Source: Octopus vulgaris (taxonomy: Eukaryota). Taken from it: 64,000 nucleotides of DNA. The DNA lies in the NCBI GenBank assembly GCA_951406725.2, contig OX597820.1:85374001-85438000 (forward strand), given 5' to 3'. The translations under genes were made by a program, and so were the position numbers. The number at the start of each line of letters is the position of its first letter. Position 1 is the first letter of the stretch. Below are positions 27,804-40,208 of this stretch, in pieces. A model generated the notes under the pieces. That model was given only the letters and a program-made list of their open reading frames with translations, was not told where the DNA came from and searched no databases.

Positions 27804-28391
27804 ATTTTGTTGAATTTACTGCTGCTTAAAATAAATATAAATATATATATATATATATATATTAAGCATATATATATATATGTATATATGTTCTGTATTT
27901 GTAGATTATGAAAGACAGAAAATTCGCAAAATCGTTGAGAGCTGTCGAAACACGTGTTTACCAGAAGGGGTATGACTTTGCTAACCACAACCGAAAATTG
28001 ACTTTGCAACTTAATCGGTCGTAATTTGATAAATATTTAACAACTTAATTACCACAAATTTACTTCTTTCAGTATAACTTTAAGCATATGTAAACACGTC
28101 TTTTTATTCTCTTCAAACTGATAGAGATGTTATTCTCAGAAGCCTCATTATTAGATGGCTACGCATCGGTGAAAAACTCCTTCATTACACTTCTCACGAA
28201 GAGAGCGTTTCACATTTATCTACGACAGTCAATCTTGATGTATTCTTGATGTTAATAAATTATCAGTATCAAACCAAATGGTGTATAAAACATCAACAAA
28301 TATATCCAGTCATTAACAGCTCAATTAATAATAGGTCATTAAACCGCAACAACTTATGACGTTACAATTAATCCAAGGAGAAAAAGTTACT

Positions 28392-28430
<39 letters not shown>

Positions 28431-29681
28431 AGCTCTTCGATGAGAATCAGGTATTCTCCGTATAGAAAACACTTAGTAGTACTCAAGAGGTTTAAACTTC
28501 AGCGGGTAGAGAAATGTATCCAAGGAAAAGTGAGTTAGGCAGGTTACTATATAAAGTATATTAAATACTTGAAATGCAAAAAAAAAAAACGTATATACGT
28601 ATGTTTACGTACAGCAAGGTCTTTTATGTACATAAAAAGATATACATTTTTCGTGGCATGTTCCCAAAGACGTTGTTGTGGAAGGCGAGTTTAGGCGGCT
28701 TTATATACACCACTTAATGATGATATAGGCCGACCACTGATGATACAAATAACAAGCTTGAAATGGGTGGGAAAATGAAGTGGAACTGTTACAGAAAGCA
28801 AAGAATAGAGAATTGTAACAGAACACGATCGCTCATGTTCTACATTCTGGACTTAGTGCCTAAAAAGAAAAGTCAAAAAAAATATTTCATTAGATTATTT
28901 TTAAATAATACATATTTCAAATTATTACGACCCTCGAGTAACGGTCTATGTTTTACATGAACAGCAATGCTGGTCTTGGATAGACAATGTTTTAGATAAA
29001 TCTATATTTTTATGAACTAAATATATATATATATATATATATATTTTATTTTTTATTATAAACTGAGAACCTTATGCTTTTTTCCATTTATATTCTGTAT
29101 ATACGTTTCTCTTAAGGACCGTTTCATTCGATTATATTCATAAAATATATGCTTCTTCATATGTTAACAAATTTGCCAAGGAAAGCTTATATTCCTGTGT
29201 TGTTTGACAAAACACGATGTAGAATTCTAAAAGTTCATTCCAACATATAAACATTATGTATAAAATTATATCGGTGCATCTGTTAATCTGCGGCATTGTT
29301 GTTATAATTCGAACTTCGCGCAATGCTTAACGACGACTCTTCTCGACTGTATAATAAACATTAGTACAGCAACTACAGTATTTTTGTTAGTAGGGAAGCT
29401 TTAATATATATATTCCCAAAGCCTATACTACACGCATTAAAGGTAAATATTGTATTTATATATTTGTATTTTGTTTTGTTCTACGTTTGGTTCATATGTA
29501 GTCAATCTTTATGAATCAAGTTTCGACTATTGATCAATACATTTCTCGGGATATGATATTTTATCTCTTTCTCTCGCCCTCTCTCTCTCTTTCTTTCTGT
29601 ATGTCCCTCTCTCTCTCTTTCCTTTCTTTTTCCTGTATTTCTTTCCTTCCCGCAGCACACACACGCACACACACACACACA

Positions 29682-29970
29682 CATGTATATAATACACCGA
29701 ATTTTCCACCCGGCATGAAGTATGCAGACGTACATATTTATATAGATACTTATATACATACATACATACACACACACACGCACACACACACACACACACA
29801 CATACATACATATATGCAGTAGTGGTACGATAAAGTAGTTGTATACTGTCAACTTAATGTGACAGTACCATGAAGGGAATCACACTACTGCTATTTAGCC
29901 CTTGGAAGCAGCTACGCTTCCTCTCGGCCTTGACGGCCTTGACACTTTTCCATGTATGTATGTATGTATG

Positions 29971-30001
<31 letters not shown>

Positions 30002-30101
30002 GTATGTATGTATGCACGCCTGTATGTATGTATGTTTCTATGTAAATACATACGTCTGCATACATCATGCAGGGTGAAAAATTCGGTGTATTATATATAT
30101 G
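29682..30101. repeat. Inverted repeat (68-bp arms) with mirror-image microsatellites; possible MITE
   Basis: 29682-29749 vs reverse complement of 30034-30101 match at 60/68 positions. Confidence 0.85.
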
Positions 30102-30639
30102 TGTGTGTGTTTGTGTGTGTGTGTTTTGTGCGTGCGTGTGTGTGTGTATATGTGTATATAAACAAACGTTTATATACTAATGGGAATGAATGTTCAAAAC
30201 TGCATTGGCACATAAATATTTTTTTTTAATAGATTAACATGGCTACAAATGGTTTCATGTGACAAATGTTCGCTATTGTTAAAACTTGGCGCATGCAAAT
30301 CGTTGTACTCGTCTCCAGTTTAGTGCTATATCCCCATACAAAATGGAAAAGTGTATTAACACTCGCATGTACCACATTTTAACAACTGTGAAGATCTTTT
30401 CACAGATTATAGGCGGTTGCAGAGGCAACCTGGTATGATTTTCGGTGCAGCTTCTTCGGTGATTATTCATTTAGTGATTTTTGAAGCGAACTGAGTGAAA
30501 TTTGTCGTTTGTTGGTTAAGGTTCAGCCGGGAGGTGTGGGGAAACAGAAAATATGCTGTATAAAATTGTAATATAAAAGAAAATAAATTGTGAGAAAGAG
30601 CAAGTTACCATGTTGTATGTCGTTATATTTATTGTTTTT

Positions 30640-30684
<45 letters not shown>

Positions 30685-30710
30685 TCCTTCTAAAATCATA
30701 TAGATTTATA

Positions 30711-30918
30711 CGGCCGGCTTCCCTGTTTCTGTGCTATGTATATTCCCCACCTGGACGGGACGGTATTCCATCACAAAATTACTCAATTATGGCACCTGAG
30801 TGCGCTGAGGATATGTGAAATGGAGTGTTTTACTCAAGAAAATAACACGTCACTCGGTCCATGAAACGAAACCGCACTCATACGATCAGGAATTTAACAC
30901 ATTAAGCCACACACCTCT
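30711..30918 (-). mobile_element. Decayed tRNA SINE (family of 59896-60092)
   Basis: Minus strand begins gaggtgtgtggcttaatg and ends cacagaaacagggaagccggccg. Confidence 0.65.
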
Positions 30919-30937
30919 CCTATATATACATATATAT

Positions 30938-30944
<7 letters not shown>

Positions 30945-31030
<86 letters not shown>
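30945..31030. repeat. (TA)n microsatellite
   Basis: Perfect run. Confidence 0.95.
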
Positions 31031-31034
<4 letters not shown>

Positions 31035-31492
31035 CCTGTCAATGAATTTTATTCTAGAGTTATATAACCAATGGAAGGAAGTTCGTTTCATACACACACA
31101 GACACACACAAAAACACTCCAGCTTACTCATTGTGCATAGCAATGTATTAATACAGAAAATGCACATGAGAATTTTTATAAGCAGCTATATATCTCTAGA
31201 ATATATTAACCATGTATTTTATTGAAAAACTTATCAATTATTACTAACACGGACTGCTAAAAAGTATCATACTTTAGATTGAAATAACTAGTATATTCTA
31301 CCCAAGGCTCATATACACAATGGCTAACTTAAATATTCATACATATACTCATCGATCTAACATTTCTCGATAAATGCATATATGTATCTTTCTATCTGAA
31401 TACACACACAAAAGTATACATATACAGATGCAGGCATATATGTATGTATATGTGCATACGAAGTTCGGTTCATACGTGTGTGTTTGTGGGTA

Positions 31493-31594
<102 letters not shown>

Positions 31595-31936
31595 GTATAT
31601 ATAAATGTATATTCATACGTGTTTGTGTGTGTATTTGTGTGTGCGTGTGTGTGCTTCTCTGTGTGTATGTTATTGTATTTAAATAATTGCATATATAACT
31701 AATGTCATTAGGTGCCAAACATACTTTGAAATACTAGCAGGAAATCGAAAATGTATTTTAAGCTATTTCCGTCCTGGAGGCAATAGTATTATATTTGTGT
31801 CTATTCACAGTAGCATTGTTACTAGCCATAGACCTGACTGAAATTCCAGACAAGCATCTATTGTAAGTTGAATATATATGTATCTACAGCAAATGTACGC
31901 CAATTCAAACTTGGACAGGCGCGTGCATACGTAAAG

Positions 31937-32006
<70 letters not shown>

Positions 32007-32330
32007 TACACACACACATACAAATATATTCTTACACGTATAGGGAGAATCAAATTATATACCATACTTACATTACATTCTCACAAGCTTTCATAACTAC
32101 ACAAAGTCGCAATAAGGATCAGATTAATATTTATATTTTCGATGTTTGTTTTGTATTGTTGCAAAAATATGTGCATCTATATATGTTTGCGTGTGATTTA
32201 TGCATATTTGCACAAGGACAGATAATCAATTCGAGATTTTCGTCAAATCGAAAAAAAGGATGCTGCATGAATTTGACATAGAAAATATATTGATCATTAT
32301 AAAATAGATATATGTTTCTTCAATATGCAT

Positions 32331-32364
<34 letters not shown>

Positions 32365-33645
32365 ACATACATACATGCATATATATAATTCTATGTATAC
32401 GCAGTATCTGATTATATATAACTGCAAGTGTGATTCAATTTAAAAGAAATTCAGGTGAAATGTGAAACTGCAGAAACTGTCGCAAGATATATGTGTTACC
32501 ATGATAAATAAACTATTGTTCTATACTCTATGATTGATCTCTGATAATCAATGAATAATATTAACAAAATCCCTCTAAATATGTTTCTAGAATATCATCT
32601 GAAATAGATAGTACACATTTGATTGTGAAATTATTGCACATCTTAGCTTGATAAAAATGGTTTTATACAATTAAAAACACTTTTACTTTTAATCTAAATA
32701 TTGATGGATTCTCAGAGAGTTTGAGCCTCAAGTGAAATTGTTACTGATGTTTATGCCGCAAGTTCGGGTCTGATCAAATCGACTTAGCTGTAGCACGAAT
32801 TATGGTAAGTGAAAGATCAGTTAAGTATTTCTGTTCTTCCTCTTTATCTGATACATTTTACCATTATATTCATATTGAAGTTAATGAAAACTTCTATTCC
32901 AGTTACTAAGGAGTTAGAGAGCAGGGTATTATGAATTACTCCTTTCGCCTCCATTTAAATATCAACTAGTAGCTAATCACCTCAATTAGTTTTCTAAGAA
33001 TTTTACGATAAATTATGTAGCAGATATATTTTATGAACCTACGTAGAATTTACAGTAATTCGTATTTGATTAATTATAGAACGTTACTCCTCAAATTAAT
33101 TTTTAGGTTACAACTCTGAATTAACTTAGGAGAGAAACACTTAATATAAACTTCATCCACAAAACCTTGCCCAACAAAAGTACGTCGTAAAATAAGTAAA
33201 CAAATTAAAAAAACATTCCTTCACTGAAATTTGAATTCACGCGGGACCTATAATCTAAATTAAAATTCTAATATACACAGTCGAAACAGCGGAAAGCCAC
33301 AATTTACTTCACTTTCTTGCCAATATTGCTGCTAGAATTAATATATGCTATGTTATGAGCCATTTGAAGTAAAGACTACATCTCAGTAAGCCCTCCAAAA
33401 TCAGGTTAATTGAAGTTGTCTTATCCTACTCGCCCTGGCATAAAAAGAACTTCTAAATATTCTTAATAGAGAATTTAATATTTTATTACGTAATGTCTGT
33501 TATGTCTTATCTATTTTAACAATTGTTTTATCATTTTGTTCAAATGACGAAAATTCCCCGATGCTTGAATTAAAGTCCCCTCGAGGTAGTAAAATATTTT
33601 CAGATACTCGGAACAAGATTTGCAACGATAAATATATTTAGATCC

Positions 33646-33965
33646 GATATGGCTCAGTGGTTAGAGCGTCGAGCTCACAATCATGAGTTAGTGTGATTTC
33701 GATTCCCGGACCGAACTGTGTGTTGTGTTCTTCAGCAAGACACTTTTGCTCATGATTCTCCAGTTCACTCAGCTGTAGAAATGAGTTTCGACGTCTCTGG
33801 TGCCAATCTGTATCGGCCTTAGCATTTCACTCGGATAAACTTGGTTATCTTGGAGAGGGGAAGTTAGTAAGTATGGGCGACTGCTGGTCTTTCATAAACC
33901 ACCTTACTCGGATTTGTGTCTAGAAGGCTAGCTTTCTAGATGCAATCTCATGGCGTTTCATGATA
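33646..33965 (+). mobile_element. tRNA-derived CORE-type SINE
   Basis: A-box tggctcagtggttagag, degenerate B-box tttcgattccc, then CORE-like gttgtgttcttcagcaagacactt. Confidence 0.75.
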
Positions 33966-34979
33966 TTTACAATAGTTTTAAGTTACAATATTTAGTATAC
34001 CGTTGTTACCTACCGCTCAGTACACAATAATGTCTTTACCATTTAAGATAATATGTCTGGAAGTGTCCATAAGTCATTTTTCGATGGAACGGGGTAAGCA
34101 CTTTTTTTATATATTCGTTTTTCCTTTTTTTTTGCGAAACACAGCTGCTAAGTAGCCCTTATTCTATAGAGCTTTCCTATGATAGATTGTGGTAAGTTAG
34201 TATCTGACTTGTACAAAGTTCTCTCGAAGTTTTCTTCGGTCAGCGTAATGTCTCATATTGAAAGGTAGTTTTGTTGAAAGAACAGCTGCTAAAAAGCCTT
34301 TTGTTCTTAATTAAATATCATGTATAGCTTTCGCGTACCTCGCTAATATTGTTAACAAGAATTCAGCCTCATATATTTAGATCCAATGCTAAGGATTTTG
34401 AATTTTCCTTCAGCTGCGAAACCTATTGATATTTTACACGTGGCTCCCTCTAATATTTTGACCATGGGTCCTATTCAGATATTTCGTTTGAAATTTGCAA
34501 TACCATACTGGCTAAAATAAGCAGAATGTTTCTAGAAATATTCGGGTCGTTCTTTGTCTGGTATATTTAATAGTGTATCAAAAACCGTGCCGAAATATCT
34601 GTGTAAAAAGTATCAAACAAGAAGACAGTCACTCCAAAACTCTTCAGCGCAAATATCAAAATCTTCGTTATAAACAGTAACTGTAAAGGTTACATGAGCG
34701 TCAACGGTGAGGTACACACACACTACCAATTCTTAAATGACATGTAACTCATCGCCGAAAGCTACAGGCCATGATAACAGAAATTGACATCCAGAGCCCA
34801 ACAGTAAGCTTCAAAATAACCGCCATCCCAACTAAATAAATGCGATGTGAAAATGTAGCAGGAGGTCAAATAGGGATAGGAAATGATGCAATTTCAATGG
34901 TGGAGAAGAAGTATGAGTGATTAGGACAAGCAGTAAATATATTTCGAAAAGTAAACGTTAAAATTTCGTACTGATTAAG

Positions 34980-35400
34980 AGACGGATAGAAAAATGCTTG
35001 CATTCATAAAATTTGAAATCAAATCAGATAGTATAAGAACTTGCGTATCGATTTCTTCAAAATCAATGTTTTGCTTGTGTTCATACATGAGTGTCAGATA
35101 CGTGCTAAAGATCAACAACGGTCAACGGCACAAGAGGGCTATAGGAACACCCATTCTGGTAATATCATTGCAGGAATATATCTGAAACTAATAATTAGAG
35201 AACGGATTTGACTAAGCGATGAAAGTATGGTTATTGCATACCTCGATGATCACGGACATAAGAGTAATCCATGCAGATGTGATATGGTAATCAAGAAATT
35301 GTAAGAAACTATATTGATGTCCAAGTTAATGGGAAGGCAATATAGTCAAGTGGTTCGAGCGCTGATGGAAGAGAAAGGCACAGACGAGGAAAAACAGAAG
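34980..35400 (+). mobile_element. Highly decayed non-LTR reverse transcriptase remnant
   Basis: LAFIKFEIKSDSI (cf. AFxDxxKAFDSV), RAIGTPI (cf. QGxPxS) and VIAYLDD (YxDD) appear in correct order and spacing across frameshifts. Confidence 0.5.
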
Positions 35401-36334
35401 GGAATTGTGACCAACAATATATAAGATCAACTGATAGTCTACTCAAAGAAAAAGTTTGCAAGGCTTGGGAGGCACTTGTCCAGTGTAACGCAACATCTGT
35501 CGACCATTGATTCAAAAATCATCAACCATGAACAATACAGGAAGTTATTATAGGTGTTACTTTATGATAAGCGTGGAGTACTTTTATCAAATTAGGTGGA
35601 TATTCAAAGTGTATATTGCAAGCGTGTATTAATTTTTGTGTTTCATTATACATACTGATTTATTCCGTACCAATACATTTTCAGTTGATTCAATAACATT
35701 TCGCATAAAATATTTAAATCCTTGCATCAACTGTTTATTAAACGACTTTGTTAGTCCAAGGTTATTTTATTGAATCTCGCCCATTCATTCTGGCTAATAA
35801 AGAAACAATTTCTCATTGGTAGTGCTAATGAAGAAGACTCTACACAAGCATTCTAATTGCAAGAAACTGCAGCAGAATTCAATGGAATTACATCCAGCTG
35901 TCTTAAAATGAAATGGTTGCCTTCGTTGTGACCGTACGCACTCATAAAAACATACGTATAGATACTCACACAGATAGATAGAGAGAGAAAGAGATTTACG
36001 TACATACATACATACGTACGTACATACATACATAAATACATACGTACGTACATAGAAAAGGTAACAGTTTTTGATTAAAGGCTAACTTTGCTGGCCTGGA
36101 ACTAAGCAAGAACGACAAAATATATTTCAATATTTCAAAACAATCAGCCTGAATTACACCATGTCTTAACAAATGTAGTGAAACGAAAATGCACGAGGAA
36201 TACCAACTCGACAAACGAGAAGATACCAAGAGATATGAAACATATGTTGTTCAGTGGAGATTGTCTCATATTCATAACCAACTAACAGACATAACTAGCG
36301 TTGCTCGAGGATCACATGTCAATTTATTTGTTAT

Positions 36335-36505
36335 TTTACTTGTCGCGGTCATGTGAGGGTGATCATGCTGGATCACCGCTTTTAGTCGAAGAAATCAACC
36401 CCAGGATTTATTCATCGTAGGCCTAGTACTTATTCTATCGGGGCGTAAACACACCAACATCGGTTATCAAGCGATGGTGTGGGCACAAAATCGGACAAAG
36501 ACGCA
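36335..36505 (-). mobile_element. SINE 3' fragment (family of 44003-44353)
   Basis: catgctggatcaccgc...agtacttattctatcgg...taaacacaccaacatcggttatcaagcgatggt matches 44050-44200. Confidence 0.75.
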
Positions 36506-36876
36506 CACATACATATATATGTATATATACGTATATAAATATAAATATATACATATATAACATATATACATATATACATATATAACCATAAATATACATA
36601 CATATATATGTGCATATATATGTATATATTTCTATATATATATATATATATATATACATAGATATACATATATATGCATGTATAAATGTATATAAATGCA
36701 TATAAATATATATACATGAATGTATATATATATATATATATAGAAATATATACATATACATACATGTATCTAGATATATATACATGTATATACACAACAT
36801 ACATGTATATATGCATTTATATATTTATGAACATATACATATATAACTATACATCGATATGTTTAGACACACACAC

Positions 36877-36907
<31 letters not shown>

Positions 36908-37142
36908 AATACATGTATGTATACATATATTTATGTATGTATTTATACATATATATACCTGTACATATATATTTACATATATGCATGTATAGGTGTAAAT
37001 ATATATACATGCATATATACATATATGTACACATATATGTATATGTATGTATGCATACATATATATATGTGTTTATTTGTGTGTGTGTGTATATGTATGT
37101 GTGTGTGTTTGTTTGTGTGTGTTCGTATATGTATGTGTGTAT
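36505..37142. repeat. Degenerate (TA)/(TACA)/(TG) microsatellite field
   Basis: Direct reading. Confidence 0.9.
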
Positions 37143-37249
37143 ATCAATTTCTGGTCTATTTTGACGACTAAATTTTGGTTACAATATAACAACTCAAATA
37201 ATCCCATTTCCTTCTACGCTGATTCTTGCAAGGATGTGATGAGCTGTCT

Positions 37250-37660
37250 GTAGTGTACGATGTCACAAATGCTTGCTCCGAAGCAAGCAAATGAAATCTT
37301 ACACGTTTCCATTTCCTTCTATATTAGAATATTGTACCAGAATATAGCATTATTCGTACCTCCGTTAGCCCTAAATTCAAATTGCTCCTGACGGAAATCT
37401 GGATCTAGTTTGCTTTGTATTCTTCCTAGCATAATCGTAAGGAATGAGACATGACAACAGGCCTACAAGCTGGAACTCTTGCTGGCCTTAAATATCTGCA
37501 TCATGTTGATTGGCACGAATATTTTGAAATCTACAGGAAGGTGTCCATAATCAAAAGTGTCAATGAAAATGCCTTTCAGTTTGAAAGCTTTTTGTACCTT
37601 ATGTTTGGAAGGTTAGTGTTTTTGACTTACATCGCAAAACTGGCTCCCTAAGTTGACCGT
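37250..37660 (-). mobile_element. Decayed LINE (RTE-like) RT N-terminal remnant
   Basis: Minus strand encodes FLTIMLGRIQSKLDPDFRQEQFEFRANGGTNNAIF...KEMETCKISFACF (EQxGFRxGRGTxDxIF motif), preceded by PVDFKIFVPI. Confidence 0.6.
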
Positions 37661-38866
37661 TTTATGATCCCTTTCCTTTTTTTTCTTTTTTTTTTTGCAT
37701 GCAGTACAACGCAGAGGAAACATCATGACAGGCAGGGCACTTGATGGATGACTGATATGTTAATATCAAACGCTCAAAATTTCCATCCAATTTTGATTGA
37801 TGCTTTTCTCTAACTCCAGTCTATCTCTGCTTAGAACAGTTAGAAATAATTATAGTTGCTCAGGTAACGCCCACACAGGCTTCCGATACACTATGTCAAG
37901 AATTATGTTGAAATCATATTTGTTAAAGATGTTATACTGTAGCTTAAATATTGCTGGCATTTCTGGCCGGTGGAGAGATTCTATTCGACTCCAGTAATTG
38001 CACTTGGAGTAGAAGACAGCACGTTGATTAAAGAAACATATTTCCTGTGTCTTACTAAAATTAAACAGTATTGAACTTTGAATGTCATCTTGGAGAGAAT
38101 AACAATGGTTTAGTCACGCGACCCACGTCTTAGGTTGTTCAGATTCTTCCCAGCACTATAGCTGCAGTGCTTGTTTGAAAACAAATTAGATATTGTCATT
38201 TCACTGGAGTCGGTTTCCCGTTTTAGAGCATCCAGTTTTTTATATAATTAGAACTTGACTTGATTTGACATCTAGTTAATCATCTAAACAAACAATGACA
38301 TTAAATTTGAAACCGAGGAATTAGTGGTCATGATGGTTAATTTCAAGAAATTAACCAATAGTTGATTACACATTTTCCTAGCAATATTTATATATAAAAC
38401 CCCATTGAAAGTGTTTAAACGGGTTTTCGAACACTTTGAAACTCCAATTGAAAACAAAAAAATAACCGTAACTAATATTTATCGACAGATGTTAAATTAA
38501 TTCCAGTTATAGCTCTTGGAAATATGATTTCTATACGGTTTGTTCAAATCAATATCTGTAACTGCCCGACTAAAACTAATCATACAACCAGGTTCCTTTT
38601 ATTGTTAGATACGTTTGTCGATGTATATTTACTAATGAACGTACCTTTAGGGATGCACACTGAAAATTAATCGTTCATTTCTTAATTCCCCTGGTTATAT
38701 TTCGCAGCTACTTTCTACCAGGAATTAACGAATTGTGACTAGTAGTATTGCCAAAGGCACATATATGTTCATGTTTATAGACATGCATTTGTGTATAAAT
38801 TCATGCATATACCTACAAAGAAAATCACACTCATGCACACTGTACACTTTTTATTGATTTAATTGC

Positions 38867-38870
<4 letters not shown>

Positions 38871-38956
<86 letters not shown>

Positions 38957-39136
38957 AAGAAGAATATGAAGAAAAAGAAGAGGGGATGAGGAGGAGGAGG
39001 AAGAAGAAGAAGAAGAAGAAGAAGAAGAACAACAACAACAAGAAGAAGAAGAAGAAGAAGAAGAAGAAGAAGAAGAAGAAGAAGAAGAAGAAGAAGAAGA
39101 AGAAGAAGAAGAAGAAGAAGAAGAAGAAGAAGAAGA
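38871..39136. repeat. Compound (TA)(GATA)(GA)(GAG)(GAA)n microsatellite
   Basis: Direct reading; includes a long (GAA)n purine tract. Confidence 0.95.
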
Positions 39137-39310
39137 AAAATAATTTCTTTTATTAGCTAGAGGCGAATTGGCACAAGGAACTTTTCTCGATTCACAAAGC
39201 GTTAATGTCAAAATGACCAAGATGGCATTTGGATTCAGAATGTCATATGCCGTGCTGTAACTTGATACAGCAAAACATTTTGCCCGATGCTCTAATGATT
39301 ATGCTACCTC

Positions 39311-40208
39311 AATTTTATTGAGTCAAACGTTTTGCAATATTCTAGAAATTAATTTGTTTTATTCGTCAAGGTATAAGAAAAGCACCCTAGCATTCCAGTA
39401 AAAGCCAGCATACTGCACCGTCTGAAGCCAACTTTCGGCCAGTTTTTCGATCCCACGCTGATACAAGTACTTGTCCTTCGAGGCGAAGAATTTCTTCGGT
39501 GAAGCGTCCGACTCGTCTTGGTTGATGAAATATCAGAAGCGGAGGAAGTGGAACCATGGATCGGAGCAAGAAATAATCCAAAGGAGCTAGGTCCGAACTA
39601 TATGCTGGTATTCCCTAAATTTCTTGGAATATATTCCTGGACGTTGGAGTGGTATGATGTCTTGCGTTGTCTTACTGCAGAAGAGCTCGTTTTCTGTTAA
39701 CCAGCGCTGGGTATTTTGCTGCACAGTCGCATGCATCCGCTGCAGTTGGTCTGAGAACATGTTCACATCGATGGTTCGACCCGCCGGATCGATCTCAAAG
39801 TGAATTATCCCTTCATAATTCTCCAAACGAAGAGCATCTCCTTGAGTTCGAAACATTCAAGTTTGGCGTTAGTTTACAGAAGCTGACACTTGCTTAACCA
39901 CTACTTATGCAGTTTAAGATTGCTGAAAAATATCTTCTCCGGATTACTACTTGTTCCTATCTATGGCTCACTCATGCCCTTGAGACGTTTTATCGACCAA
40001 GAGGAGATGGAAGATTCAGTGAATGAGTTCTTCTCCTCGGAGGAAAAGAAGTGGTACCAGTGTGAGATCAAAGAACTGGCAGAATGATGCGTTCAAACAG
40101 TGCAGCACGATCGCTTCTACTTTGAATGCTAGGCTTCTTTTGTTGTAACTTGAAGAATAAAGCAAATAAATTGTCAAAATATGGCAAAACGTTTGATTCA
40201 ACATAATA
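39311..40208. mobile_element. Mariner-derived fold-back element made of two inverted 3' ends
   Basis: Minus strand 39385-39880 encodes NYEGIIHFE.D..GRTIDVNMFSDQLQRM...DYFLLRSM...FFASKDK..YQRGIEKLAESW. Plus strand 39935-40135 encodes the same C-terminus (DYYLFLSM...EFFSSEEKKWYQCEIKELAE). Inverted termini at 39311-39335 and 40184-40208. Confidence 0.8.

Larger units (their letters stand above)
27608..27835 (-). mobile_element. Mini PLE terminal repeat plus inverted partial duplicate (156-bp palindrome)
   Basis: 27680-27757 and 27758-27835 are reverse complements with 3 non-Watson-Crick positions in 78 pairs, centred on CTAG. The extra 27608-27679 segment is present only on the left. Confidence 0.8.

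Noticed and set aside
32716-32804. Candidate exon (ttctcag acceptor, ATG|gtaagt donor)
   Set aside because: There are stop codons in all three frames and no other support; at most a non-coding exon.
33646-33715. tRNA gene
   Set aside because: The A box is present, but the B box/T arm is degenerate, there is no acceptor stem, and it runs into a CORE-like SINE body. The same applies at 59896.
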